A program made the translations under genes and the position numbers. 64,000 nucleotides of DNA from NCBI GenBank assembly GCA_018499905.2, contig JAHBAU020000007.1, positions 11,408 through 75,407 of the forward strand, read 5' to 3'. Shown here piece by piece: positions 50,370 through 59,629 of this stretch (its first letter is position 1; each line of letters begins with the position of its first letter). The notes beneath the pieces are model-generated. The model saw only the letters and a list, made by a program, of their open reading frames with translations, was not told the DNA's origin and did not search any database. The DNA is from Candidatus Saccharimonadota bacterium. Lineage in GTDB: Bacteria; Patescibacteriota; Saccharimonadia; Saccharimonadales; AQU-01.

Positions 50370-50695
50370 GCAAAATCACTTTGAAAACATTTGCCACACT
50401 TTTTGTAGGTGTGCTTTTGCTCACTTGCTCATTGGGTGTTTTGTCTTCACACACAGGTGAGGCAAGCCAGCAGAAAGTAAGTTGTAGTTCGTCTTGTCAT
50501 TCTCATGGACAATCAACAGCTATAAACAGTCAAGCTAATAAAGACGAAGATGATAAAGAGCCTACGCCACCACCGTTTAGCTGGTTTCAAATACCCGCCA
50601 ACCTAGCGTTGTTATATGTAATGCCAGTTTTTGGTGTTTTATGGTTCGTTAGTAATAAGCAAAAGATACTACTGACCACGCAACTCAGATTTTGA
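50357..50695 (+). CDS. CxxxC leader-type small protein 1
   Basis: signal/TM, CSSSCHSH, DEDDKEPTPPPF, ends LRF. Confidence 0.65.
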   Translation: MRRLSKITLKTFATLFVGVLLLTCSLGVLSSHTGEASQQKVSCSSSCHSHGQSTAINSQANKDEDDKEPTPPPFSWFQIPANLALLYVMPVFGVLWFVSNKQKILLTTQLRF

Positions 50696-50736
50696 GATTA
50701 CTTAAGTATCCAGAGTAATTTTAAAAATAAGGAGTT
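50682..50736 (+). promoter_or_regulatory. hairpin spanning the leader stop codon and occluding the dsbA-like SD
   Basis: 50690-50702 pairs with 50714-50726 (13 bp, 2 G-U); AACTC pairs with GAGTT of AAGGAGTT. Confidence 0.65.
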
Positions 50737-50740
50737 TGTT

Positions 50741-51394
50741 ATGAGCGGTAAAGGATTTTGGATTGTATTAGCGGTAATTTTAATAGGCTTCATTGGTGTT
50801 ATAACCTATACCAAAAAAGATAAAGCGGCAGAGAGTGGCTCAACAGCTAGTTCGCAAGGCTCGCAGAACTATTACGGCAAAATGGATAGCCCCGTTACTA
50901 TTACGGAGTTTGTAGATTTTCAGTGTGAAGCTTGTTATGCCTACTACCCGTATGTTAAGCAAGTAAAAGAAATTTACAAAGACAAAGTACGTTTTCAAGT
51001 ACGTAATTTTCCTATAACATCAGGGCATCAGTTTGCTTTCCAAGCTGCCAGATCAGCGGAGGCTGCTGCACGACAAGGCAAGTTCTGGGAAATGCACGAC
51101 AAGATTTTTGAAGGACAAAAACAATGGGAGCAAACCCAAAACCCACAAAGCTACTTTGATCAATACGCCGAAGATATTGGCTTAGACATGGAAAAATACC
51201 GTACTGATCGTGATAGTTCAGATGTAGCAGCCGTCATCAATAAAGACTTGGCAGATGTGAAAGAAATCGGTGGAACTGGGACGCCAACTTTTGCGATAAA
51301 TGGAGTGAAAGTAGACAAAACAGAGCCTAGTGTAGAAGGACTTTCCAAGATGATTGACGATGCACTTGCAAATCAAGGTGGAAGCAATGAGTAG
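50741..51394 (+). CDS. DsbA/BdbD-family thiol-disulfide oxidoreductase
   Basis: DFQCEAC active site, QGKFWEMHD, GTPTF. Confidence 0.93.
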   Translation: MSGKGFWIVLAVILIGFIGVITYTKKDKAAESGSTASSQGSQNYYGKMDSPVTITEFVDFQCEACYAYYPYVKQVKEIYKDKVRFQVRNFPITSGHQFAFQAARSAEAAARQGKFWEMHDKIFEGQKQWEQTQNPQSYFDQYAEDIGLDMEKYRTDRDSSDVAAVINKDLADVKEIGGTGTPTFAINGVKVDKTEPSVEGLSKMIDDALANQGGSNE

Positions 51395-51899
51395 TAAAAA
51401 GAAAACAATACTGTTTTTTCTCCTCCTATTTTTTACAGCCGTAATTACAATTGCAATACAGGCAGCAGTTCAGAGCAGCACCTCAAAAAACGATCAGGAA
51501 AATACCGCTGCGTCTGCTCACGATGAAACAAACAGCGACGGTCATCATAATAGCGACAGTGAAGAATTAGGTGACGTAGTTGATTTGACGAATCAAAACG
51601 AAGTCTCAATGGACATAAAAGATTTTAAGTATGAGAAATCGAACATAAAGATAAAAAAAGGTACGAATGTAACGTGGACTAATCAAGACGAAGTCCAGCA
51701 CAATGTAATGCAAGAACACGAAAACGATAATGACGCTCACGATGCACCGTCTAAAGATGAAGAAAAGCCTGATGTTTTAGCAAGTCGATTGCTATCTAGA
51801 GGAGAAAGCTACAGTTACACGTTCAATGAAGTCAGCACTAGCCCATACCACTGTTCTCCACACCCCTATATGAAAGGCTCGGTAACTGTCGTTGAATGA
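51387..51899 (+). CDS. cupredoxin (plastocyanin-like)
   Basis: VTWTNQD..HNV and YHCSPHPYMKG type-1 copper ligands; ATG 51387. Confidence 0.92.
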   Translation: MSSKKKTILFFLLLFFTAVITIAIQAAVQSSTSKNDQENTAASAHDETNSDGHHNSDSEELGDVVDLTNQNEVSMDIKDFKYEKSNIKIKKGTNVTWTNQDEVQHNVMQEHENDNDAHDAPSKDEEKPDVLASRLLSRGESYSYTFNEVSTSPYHCSPHPYMKGSVTVVE

Positions 51900-52593
51900 T
51901 CAAGACTTCTCTAATGTTAATAGCGTAAAAAAGCATAAGATAATTTTTGCGATCGGGGTGTTTCTTGTAGTGGTTTTAATGACTCTGGTTTCTTTACGAG
52001 TAATTTCAAAGATACCTGATACACCAACAGAATCGGTTACTGAGTCTACCACACAAACGCCTAGCAGTGATCCGTTAGCTTCTATGATTCAGCCTGTACA
52101 AGGTGCTGTAGGAGATGAGTTTGATGCGAAATACGTCGAGTTATTATTTGTGCATAATGCAATCAGTACAGCAATGGCTAATTTAGTTAAAGATAGCCAA
52201 GATAAGGAGATTCGAGAATTTGCAGACTATATAATACGCTCAAATGTGGCAAGTAATGAAAAACTTCTTACGTGGTCTAAAGATCTGAAGGCAAGTACTA
52301 GTCCACCGAAACAAACAGACGTAGACACGATTGTTGCAAACCTGACAAGCAATTCAGGTGAGGAGCGGGATCATCAGTTCGTTTTGGATATTATTGACCA
52401 TCTAGCGGGCTCAACAACGTTGTCAAAGTATGCAATATCTAATAGTGACAACAGCGAAATTAAGAATTTTGCTAATCAACTAATTACTGATGAAAGTACT
52501 CAAGCTGAGACTTTTCAAAAATGGGCACGAACCGTCAGTTTCGATAGCGATGACAGACAAACTTTTAACCATGACAAGCATGATAATTATTAA
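51892..52593 (+). CDS. DUF305-like protein (degenerate)
   Basis: duplicated FD..Y/F...HN...MA...EI..FA..II repeat. Confidence 0.65.
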   Translation: MNDQDFSNVNSVKKHKIIFAIGVFLVVVLMTLVSLRVISKIPDTPTESVTESTTQTPSSDPLASMIQPVQGAVGDEFDAKYVELLFVHNAISTAMANLVKDSQDKEIREFADYIIRSNVASNEKLLTWSKDLKASTSPPKQTDVDTIVANLTSNSGEERDHQFVLDIIDHLAGSTTLSKYAISNSDNSEIKNFANQLITDESTQAETFQKWARTVSFDSDDRQTFNHDKHDNY

Positions 52594-52704
52594 ATGATGA
52601 GGGGGATAATAACGTGGGTAAGATAAGAATCTTTGTCAGTCTCAATGCACTTTATGAAGATGAAGTAATGTCAGACACTTTAGAGCTAAGGTTGTTGAAT
52701 AAAT

Positions 52705-54042
52705 ATGCCAATTGATACTGATGCTGCAAGGGCTTTAATGGCGGATAGTCTCGGCTTTCATATCATTTTTGCGTTGCTTGGTGTTGGATTGCCATTGGTA
52801 ATATTGCTTATAGAACAGCTTGGGTTACGAAGAAAAGACCCGCTTATTTTAGAGCATGCCAAGCGACTATCTTACGCTACGGTAATCTTGGTTGTTGCAG
52901 GCGTAGCATCTGGTACTATCATTTCAATTCAAATGTCACTAATGTGGGGTAACTTGATTGAGTTCGGTGGCCAAATTATGGGACTTGCTTTCGGTTGGGA
53001 AGGTTACGCTTTTATGTTGGAGGCTGTGTTCCTTGCGTTTTATGTTTCTACCTGGGGTATAATAAAGGGCTGGAAGCATTGGTTGCTAGGCGTACCTGTA
53101 GCTATTGGCTCGTTTGGGTCAGCATTTGCAATTACTCTTGGCAATGCTTGGATGCAGAATCCAGGTGTGCTTAATGTTGTTGAAGGCGTGGTACAGACCG
53201 ACAATCCAGTACGAGAATTGTTCACTAAAACCGCATTCTTTATGGTTAGTCATTCGGTTGCTGGCTATTACCTTGCCACGCTACTGTGCGTACTTGGGAT
53301 TTATGCCTTTTATACATTGAAATTTAAGCCTAGCGGCAAAGACCAAAATGCTGTCAGGCAGATTATGTTTCGTCTGTCGGCTACTGCGGTGTTCTTTGTT
53401 GCTGTTACTGCAGTGCTTGGACACTTCCAGTCGCAATACTTAGCAGAGTCGCAGCCCAGAAAGTTCGCAGCGATAGAACTAAACGAGGAAACTCGTACGA
53501 ACGCACCGTACATTATTGGGGGACACTGGAAAGAGGACGGCACAGTTGAAGGCGGTATTCGTATACCAAATATGCTAAGTATCTTGGCTGGCAACAGTCT
53601 ATCTACGGAGGTTAAAGGTTTACAAGACTTCCCGAAAGATACGTGGCCAATGCTTTTTGTGAATATCTTGTTTGAGTCAAAGTTGCTCCTAGTCGCCATT
53701 GTATCTAGTGTGTCAATTTTGTTTACGGTATTACATTATAAAAGGCTAAACGAAAAGTACCGTGCTTGGCGATACAAAAAACCACTACTTATTGCGTTAT
53801 TGCCGCTCGGTCCATTAACGATAATAATCGTAGAACTTGGCTGGATGGTAGCAGAATTTGGTCGCCAACCATTCGTGGTTAATGGCTATATGCGTACTGA
53901 CCAAGCCTTTTCGGGACAGATAGGCTCATGGGGTTACATATTCCCAATACTATTCGTAGTTCTCTTTATTGTTACCACAATAGCCCTCTGGTTGCTGTTT
54001 AAGAAACAGGGCAAAATTAAACCAGCGAAAGGCTTGCTGTAG
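52705..54042 (+). CDS. cydA: cytochrome bd ubiquinol oxidase subunit I
   Basis: GFHIIF, AFMLEAVF, NAWMQNP, QPRKFAAIE, GWMVAEFGRQP. Confidence 0.93.
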   Translation: MPIDTDAARALMADSLGFHIIFALLGVGLPLVILLIEQLGLRRKDPLILEHAKRLSYATVILVVAGVASGTIISIQMSLMWGNLIEFGGQIMGLAFGWEGYAFMLEAVFLAFYVSTWGIIKGWKHWLLGVPVAIGSFGSAFAITLGNAWMQNPGVLNVVEGVVQTDNPVRELFTKTAFFMVSHSVAGYYLATLLCVLGIYAFYTLKFKPSGKDQNAVRQIMFRLSATAVFFVAVTAVLGHFQSQYLAESQPRKFAAIELNEETRTNAPYIIGGHWKEDGTVEGGIRIPNMLSILAGNSLSTEVKGLQDFPKDTWPMLFVNILFESKLLLVAIVSSVSILFTVLHYKRLNEKYRAWRYKKPLLIALLPLGPLTIIIVELGWMVAEFGRQPFVVNGYMRTDQAFSGQIGSWGYIFPILFVVLFIVTTIALWLLFKKQGKIKPAKGLL

Positions 54043-54560
54043 TGTCTGCCCTCTGGTTCGTTGTCGTGCCACTAATGGTTTACATACCGATGTTTCTAGT
54101 TGAGCTGTATATTGCATTTCGTCGCATCGGTAAGCCATTAGACAAGGGGGGTGAGTATCTTCATGCCACTTGGGAGGCAACCCATACTTTTCTGGTATTG
54201 GCACTCAACTATTTTATGTGGTTATACAGTTCAGCAATAGTTGATGTTGCGAGGTCAGTATTTATCCCGCTCATAATGTTTGGTGCTGTTTTTATTGTTC
54301 GGGCAATCCTGTACATTTACTTGTTCTATATAAAAAAATCTACCAAGCCCAACCTAATAGCGGATTGGGCTTTTGCCTTGTGCCATGTCGTAATGCTTGT
54401 CTGTATAAGTTACGTAACTATTACGACTGCCCAAATACTGCTTGGCGGTGACTATGAATCAAATCACATCCTACTACCATTGTTGTATCCAGGGCTATTT
54501 TTGATGATTCCGCTAGTGAGTGTGCCGCTTTACTTCTTGTACAAGACGAGGGGCAAATAG
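54042..54560 (+). CDS. short cytochrome bd subunit II-like protein
   Basis: WEATHTFLV resembles the CydB WE/D..VFLV motif; 172 aa; coupled to cydA. Confidence 0.6.
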   Translation: MSALWFVVVPLMVYIPMFLVELYIAFRRIGKPLDKGGEYLHATWEATHTFLVLALNYFMWLYSSAIVDVARSVFIPLIMFGAVFIVRAILYIYLFYIKKSTKPNLIADWAFALCHVVMLVCISYVTITTAQILLGGDYESNHILLPLLYPGLFLMIPLVSVPLYFLYKTRGK

Positions 54561-54563
54561 ACT

Positions 54564-55046
54564 ATGGATAGGATCACAATTTTTGCTGCTCAATATTTGA
54601 TATACATAATAGCGATTACTATACTTTTTTACGTATTACTTAGGTTACCAAGAGGCGAACTAAAAACATTTATCACCTTGTGTGGTATGGGCATAGTAGC
54701 GGCATTCATTATGGTTAAGGTAGCTGGAAGCATTTACTACAATCCACGTCCATTTGTAGACGGTAATTTTATGCCATTATTTCCGCACAGCTCTACAAAC
54801 GGCTTTCCTTCAAACCACACAGTAGCGGCAGTTCTGGCTGCGTTATTGTTATGGCGGTATAGTAGAAATGTTGCAGTAGGATTGTTTATCGCTGCATGTT
54901 TAGTTGGACTGGCTAGGGTATTAGCTAGCGTTCATCACATAGAAGACATTATCGGGGGCATTGTCATAGCAACCTTTGCAGCTTTATTCGCTAACCTAGT
55001 ACTTCACCATATTTCGAATCGTAAAGTATCCAAGACAGATAACTGA
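54564..55046 (+). CDS. PAP2-family phosphatase (BcrC-like)
   Basis: K......RPF, FPSNH, ARVLASVHHIEDI. Confidence 0.9.
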   Translation: MDRITIFAAQYLIYIIAITILFYVLLRLPRGELKTFITLCGMGIVAAFIMVKVAGSIYYNPRPFVDGNFMPLFPHSSTNGFPSNHTVAAVLAALLLWRYSRNVAVGLFIAACLVGLARVLASVHHIEDIIGGIVIATFAALFANLVLHHISNRKVSKTDN

Positions 55047-55058
55047 TAGAATTACACT

Positions 55059-55949
55059 ATGGCACACTCACACAAAACAGAAATAAAAGACGGTAGTATA
55101 AAGTTCGGGCTTGTCCTCAACAGTTTGTATACGATAGTTGAGTTTGGCTTTGGTTTATTTACAGGCTCTCTAGCTTTAATTGCCGACGCTACACATAATC
55201 TCACTGATACTTTTACGCTAAGTGTTTCTTATGGTGCTAATCGGCTGGCAAGACGTGAAGCAAACGAGAGCAAAACATTTGGATATGGACGTGCCACAAT
55301 CCTTGCGGCATTACTCAATGCCAGCGTAATGATTGCAGTCGCAGTCTTTATTGCTTTTGAAGCTATACAGCGATTACAGAACCCTGTAGAGATTGAGGGT
55401 GGTATTGTTGCAGCAGTTGCAGCAGTAGGTATAGTGGTGAATGGCTCAATAGCTTATGTGCTGTCAAAGAACCGTAAAGACCTGAATATGCGGAGTGCCT
55501 TTATAGATATGGCATTCGACGCTTTATCTTCGTTTGGAGCAATGATAGCTGGTTTGATTATGTTATTCACAGACATACTGTATGTAGATAGTGTAGTTGG
55601 CTTACTAATTGCAGGACTCTTGCTATACAACACGCTTAAAATACTAAAAGAAGCGGTGCAGATATTACTTGAGGGAACTCCCAAAGACTTAGACATAACA
55701 GCCATCACACAAGCAATAAATGATACAGATAAAGTACTATCAGTTGATGATATGCACGTCTGGACGATACGTTCTGGTTATAACGCACTTAGCTGCCACA
55801 TTGCTATTGATGAAAAAGACCTAACAGAAAGTCGCAATATAGTAGAGTCAGTAAAAGCCAAGCTACGGAATGTACACGATATTCAGCACGCTACTATTGA
55901 AGTTGAGCTAGAAGACTGCACCACACACGAAGAACACGAAAGCCACTAG
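55059..55949 (+). CDS. cation diffusion facilitator (CzcD/ZitB-like)
   Basis: SLALIADATHNLTD, TFGYGR, LLEGTP, DMHVW, HATIEVE. Confidence 0.95.
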   Translation: MAHSHKTEIKDGSIKFGLVLNSLYTIVEFGFGLFTGSLALIADATHNLTDTFTLSVSYGANRLARREANESKTFGYGRATILAALLNASVMIAVAVFIAFEAIQRLQNPVEIEGGIVAAVAAVGIVVNGSIAYVLSKNRKDLNMRSAFIDMAFDALSSFGAMIAGLIMLFTDILYVDSVVGLLIAGLLLYNTLKILKEAVQILLEGTPKDLDITAITQAINDTDKVLSVDDMHVWTIRSGYNALSCHIAIDEKDLTESRNIVESVKAKLRNVHDIQHATIEVELEDCTTHEEHESH

Positions 55950-55970
55950 AGCAGTTAAGACGTACTAGCA

Positions 55971-56140
55971 GACGAAATAATCACGGTAATCTTATTCGTG
56001 ATTGATAGCAATAATTGAGGGGAAAAAATTGTGAGCAGATACTTTACATTATTCTGGTTCAAAAAGTGAACGACATAACCTTAAATAATCTACCCTTCAG
56101 AAGTTACACAGAGGTCATAAGAGGGGTGTGATGACAAAAG
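55971..56140 (+). repeat. ~170-bp diverged direct repeat, copy 2
   Basis: colinear with 49233-49401. Confidence 0.9.
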
Positions 56141-56149
56141 ATAAATAAG

Positions 56150-56179
56150 TTGACTAATACCCCTAGGGGGTATTAAGAT
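56150..56179 (+). promoter_or_regulatory. csoR promoter with CsoR-type operator
   Basis: TTGACT...TAAGAT flanking TAATACCCC-TAG-GGGGTATTA (56155-56175), the C-tract/G-tract dyad typical of CsoR sites. Confidence 0.85.
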
Positions 56180-56185
56180 AATTGT

Positions 56186-56470
56186 ATGAGAACTGACATC
56201 AAAAAACGGGCAAGCCACCGCACTAAGATTATTGAAGGCCAGATCAAGGGCTTGCAGAAAATGATTGATAACGAAGACTATTGCATGGACATACTGACTC
56301 AAAGCCTTGCTATTCAGAAGTCACTCTCCTCTCTTAATAAGCTAGTTTTAGAAAATCATATAACCACTCACATCACTGATATGCTTGCTTCTGGAAAAGA
56401 AAATGAACAAACAAAAGCTCTGGATGAACTTATGAAACTTTACGAGCTTAATAACATTAGGGGTAAATAA
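56186..56470 (+). CDS. csoR: CsoR/RcnR-family metal-sensing repressor
   Basis: IEGQIKGLQKMI..EDYCMDILTQ...LENHITTH. Confidence 0.9.
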   Translation: MRTDIKKRASHRTKIIEGQIKGLQKMIDNEDYCMDILTQSLAIQKSLSSLNKLVLENHITTHITDMLASGKENEQTKALDELMKLYELNNIRGK

Positions 56471-56471
56471 C

Positions 56472-56840
56472 TTGAAGCACCTATTCGCCCTTAAGAACAT
56501 AGCCGTAATAGTTGCGGTATTGTTTCTAAATTCAGTAGCTTCTTTAGCTCACACTTCTGCAATGCCAGCAATGACGCATGAGGTGAATGGTGGTATGAAG
56601 TACAGCTCAAGTGATTCTGCCTCGTGTGCCACGCTGTGCCGAACAGCCGTGCTTAATAAAGATGAATCTATAGATTCTGATTATGACGAAGAAAATGATG
56701 AACCTGCCGTACCTTTCTATTTGCTTACCAAAGCTGAGCAGTTTAACGACAACACAGTAAACCAAAAGATATATGCAGAATCCGTAAAGCCACCACCTAA
56801 GATACCGATATATATTCTCTACGGTGTCTTTAGGGTTTAG
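56472..56840 (+). CDS. CxxxC leader-type small protein 2
   Basis: signal peptide, CATLC, DEENDEPAVPF, KPPPKIPIYILYGVFRV. Confidence 0.65.
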   Translation: MKHLFALKNIAVIVAVLFLNSVASLAHTSAMPAMTHEVNGGMKYSSSDSASCATLCRTAVLNKDESIDSDYDEENDEPAVPFYLLTKAEQFNDNTVNQKIYAESVKPPPKIPIYILYGVFRV

Positions 56841-56885
56841 GATTCGTTCTACGCTTTAACGACATTCTTAAATTTAATCTGGAGA
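56827..56885 (+). promoter_or_regulatory. hairpin spanning the leader stop codon and occluding the downstream SD
   Basis: TCTTTAG/CTGGAGA, GGTTTAGGA/TCTTAAATT and TCGTT/AACGA nested stems. Confidence 0.65.
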
Positions 56886-56889
56886 ACAT

Positions 56890-57570
56890 ATGAAAAAGAA
56901 TAAAAGTAATAAGAACAACATCATTGTAGTGGCGATTGTCGCCATAGTAGCGATAGCAGGAGTCAGTATCTATGCTATGAGTAATGATGATGGGATGATG
57001 GGCGACAACAATATGATGGGTAATAACTCATCACAACAAGCAAGTTCAAGCAGTCTCGTAGACAAGAACTCAGCTGAATACAAAATGTACATCGAACTTA
57101 CTAGTGATGACTATGACCGTATGTTTATTGCCAATATGATTGAGCATCATAAGGGTGCTGTCGACATGGCAGAACTAGCGTTAACCAATGCAAAACACCA
57201 AGAGCTAAAAGATATGGCTAATAACATCATAGCGGCTCAAAGCAAAGAAATAACAAACATGGAAGCTTGGCAGAAGGATTGGGGATACCCAAGTAGTAGC
57301 GGTGAGATGATGATGGATCACTCGGCAATGGGTATGATGGCTGATATGGGTCAAATGACTGAAGAGCTAAAGAGTTTAACGGGCGATGCTTTTGACAAGG
57401 CTTTTTTGGCTTCAATGATTGAGCACCACCAGTCGGCAATAAATATGGCTTACCCAGGTCAGACAAATGCTAAGCACGATGAGGTAAAAACATTAACACA
57501 GGCAATCGTAGACGCTCAGAGTAGTGAAATTGCCCAGATGAGGCAATGGCAAAAAGACTGGGCTTACTAG
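56890..57570 (+). CDS. DUF305 (CopM-like) Met-rich copper-binding protein
   Basis: two MIEHH..A..MA...I..AQ..EI..M..W repeats. Confidence 0.9.
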   Translation: MKKNKSNKNNIIVVAIVAIVAIAGVSIYAMSNDDGMMGDNNMMGNNSSQQASSSSLVDKNSAEYKMYIELTSDDYDRMFIANMIEHHKGAVDMAELALTNAKHQELKDMANNIIAAQSKEITNMEAWQKDWGYPSSSGEMMMDHSAMGMMADMGQMTEELKSLTGDAFDKAFLASMIEHHQSAINMAYPGQTNAKHDEVKTLTQAIVDAQSSEIAQMRQWQKDWAY

Positions 57571-57581
57571 GTTAAAGTACT

Positions 57582-59600
57582 ATGGACCATTCTCAACATG
57601 AACACCACCGAACGGAGCATCAGGAGCACGACAAACATGCTGGTCATTCAGTAGCAATGTTCAAAGATAAGTTCTGGTTGTCATTGTTACTAACTATACC
57701 CGTGCTCATATATAGCGAAATGATACAGCACTGGCTCGGCTTCACGCCACCAGCATTTCCTGGCTCGCAATATGTGCCGTTTGTGTTTAGTACCATCATC
57801 TTTTTCTATGGCGGAATTGTGTTCATAAAGGGTGCTATTAGTGAGCTAAGGGCTAGATTGCCAGGGATGATGACACTTATCAGCTTGGCAATTATCACAG
57901 CCTACGCATACAGCGTTGCTACACAGTTCTTCATTGACGGAGAGGGTTTCTTTTGGGAACTCGCAACCCTAGTAACAATTATGTTGCTAGGGCACTGGCT
58001 AGAAATGGCTTCAGTCGCAAAAGCTGAGAATGCCCTAGACGCAATATCACAGTTGCTACCTGACAAGGCAGAAAAGCTAGTCAATGGCAAACCAAAACAA
58101 GTGTTAGTTAGTGAGCTTAGTGTTGGTGACTTAGTACTAGTACGTCCAGGAACAAGAATACCGATTGACGGTGTAATAACAGACGGTAGCTCATCGATTG
58201 ATGAAGCGGCTATTACAGGTGAATCAAAGCCTGTAAGTAAGACAGTTAATGATGAGGTTGTTGCAGGTACAGTGAATCAGGACGGCTCAATAACAGTGAA
58301 AGTTACCAAGCTAGGAGACGACACAGCACTAGCAGGAATTATGCGACTAGTTGCCGAAGCCCAAAGCTCAAAATCTAATGTTCAAGTGCTGGCGGATAAA
58401 GCAGCTTTTTACCTAACGATCATAGCTATAAGTACTGCTATTGTTACTTTCGTTTACTGGTTGGTTGCTAAAGATATGAATTTCGCTCTAGAACGAGCCG
58501 TTACGGTACTAATTATTGCTTGTCCTCACGCACTTGGTTTGGCGATACCTCTAGTTGTATCAATATCAACTGCATTATCAGCAAAGAATGGATTACTCGT
58601 TCGTAAAAGACTGGCTCTTGAATCAGCACGTAAATTAGATTGGGTGCTATTTGACAAGACTGGCACACTGACTAGAGGCGAACACGGCGTTACAGACATA
58701 TGGGCTACAAAAGGCTATAACAAAGAAGACATAATCCATCTCACTGCAAGCCTTGAGCAAAACAGTGAACATATTGTTGGTAAAGGCATTGTACGAAAAG
58801 CCGAAGAAGACCATATTCATCTAGATAAAGTAACCAATTTTAAGGCTTTGCCAGGTCTAGGCGTGCAAGGTTCTCTACATGGTAGTGAAGTGTATATTGC
58901 AGCCAGCTATCGATACGTTGAAGAAAACAAGCTAACAGTTCCTGCTGACATAGCTAAAGTAGTTAAGCAAGCTGCAGAAGAGGGCAAAACAGAGGTTTAT
59001 CTGATAAAAAATAATAAAGTTGTTGGAGCATTAGGATTAGCCGACATAGTACGTGAACAATCTAAGCATGCCATAAGAACACTCAGAGAAATGGGTATTA
59101 AGACAGCTATGATTACAGGTGATTCTGATGAGGTTGCAGCATATGTATCAAAGCAGCTTGGCTTGGACCAGTACTTTGCAGAGGTTAGACCAGAAGACAA
59201 GGCTGCCAAGGTAAAGGAATTGCAGAAAAATGGACAAAAAGTCGCTATGGTAGGAGATGGTATCAATGACGCACCAGCCCTTACACAAGCAGACATAGGC
59301 ATAGCTATTGGTGCGGGTACTGATGTGGCTATTAAGTCGGCAGATATTATTCTCGTAAAAAGCGATCCCCAAGACGTAGTAAAGGTAATAAACCTATCAA
59401 AAGCTACGTATAGGAAAATGAGCCAGAATCTAGTTTGGGCTACTGGTTATAACGTCTTTGCGATACCTTTGGCTGCTGGTGTGTTGTATGGAGCTGGCAT
59501 AGTGCTTGCCCCTGCACTTGGAGCAATCCTAATGTCGGTTTCAACAGTTGTTGTAGCAATAAACGCACAATTACTTCGCAAAGCAAAGCTTAGTTCATAA
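57582..59600 (+). CDS. copB: P1B-3 type copper-translocating ATPase
   Basis: His-rich N-terminus, TGES, CPH, DKTGTLT, GDGINDAP, YN and MSVST. Confidence 0.95.
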   Translation: MDHSQHEHHRTEHQEHDKHAGHSVAMFKDKFWLSLLLTIPVLIYSEMIQHWLGFTPPAFPGSQYVPFVFSTIIFFYGGIVFIKGAISELRARLPGMMTLISLAIITAYAYSVATQFFIDGEGFFWELATLVTIMLLGHWLEMASVAKAENALDAISQLLPDKAEKLVNGKPKQVLVSELSVGDLVLVRPGTRIPIDGVITDGSSSIDEAAITGESKPVSKTVNDEVVAGTVNQDGSITVKVTKLGDDTALAGIMRLVAEAQSSKSNVQVLADKAAFYLTIIAISTAIVTFVYWLVAKDMNFALERAVTVLIIACPHALGLAIPLVVSISTALSAKNGLLVRKRLALESARKLDWVLFDKTGTLTRGEHGVTDIWATKGYNKEDIIHLTASLEQNSEHIVGKGIVRKAEEDHIHLDKVTNFKALPGLGVQGSLHGSEVYIAASYRYVEENKLTVPADIAKVVKQAAEEGKTEVYLIKNNKVVGALGLADIVREQSKHAIRTLREMGIKTAMITGDSDEVAAYVSKQLGLDQYFAEVRPEDKAAKVKELQKNGQKVAMVGDGINDAPALTQADIGIAIGAGTDVAIKSADIILVKSDPQDVVKVINLSKATYRKMSQNLVWATGYNVFAIPLAAGVLYGAGIVLAPALGAILMSVSTVVVAINAQLLRKAKLSS

Positions 59601-59629
59601 GTAGAATACGTCGTTGGTGGCATTAAAGT

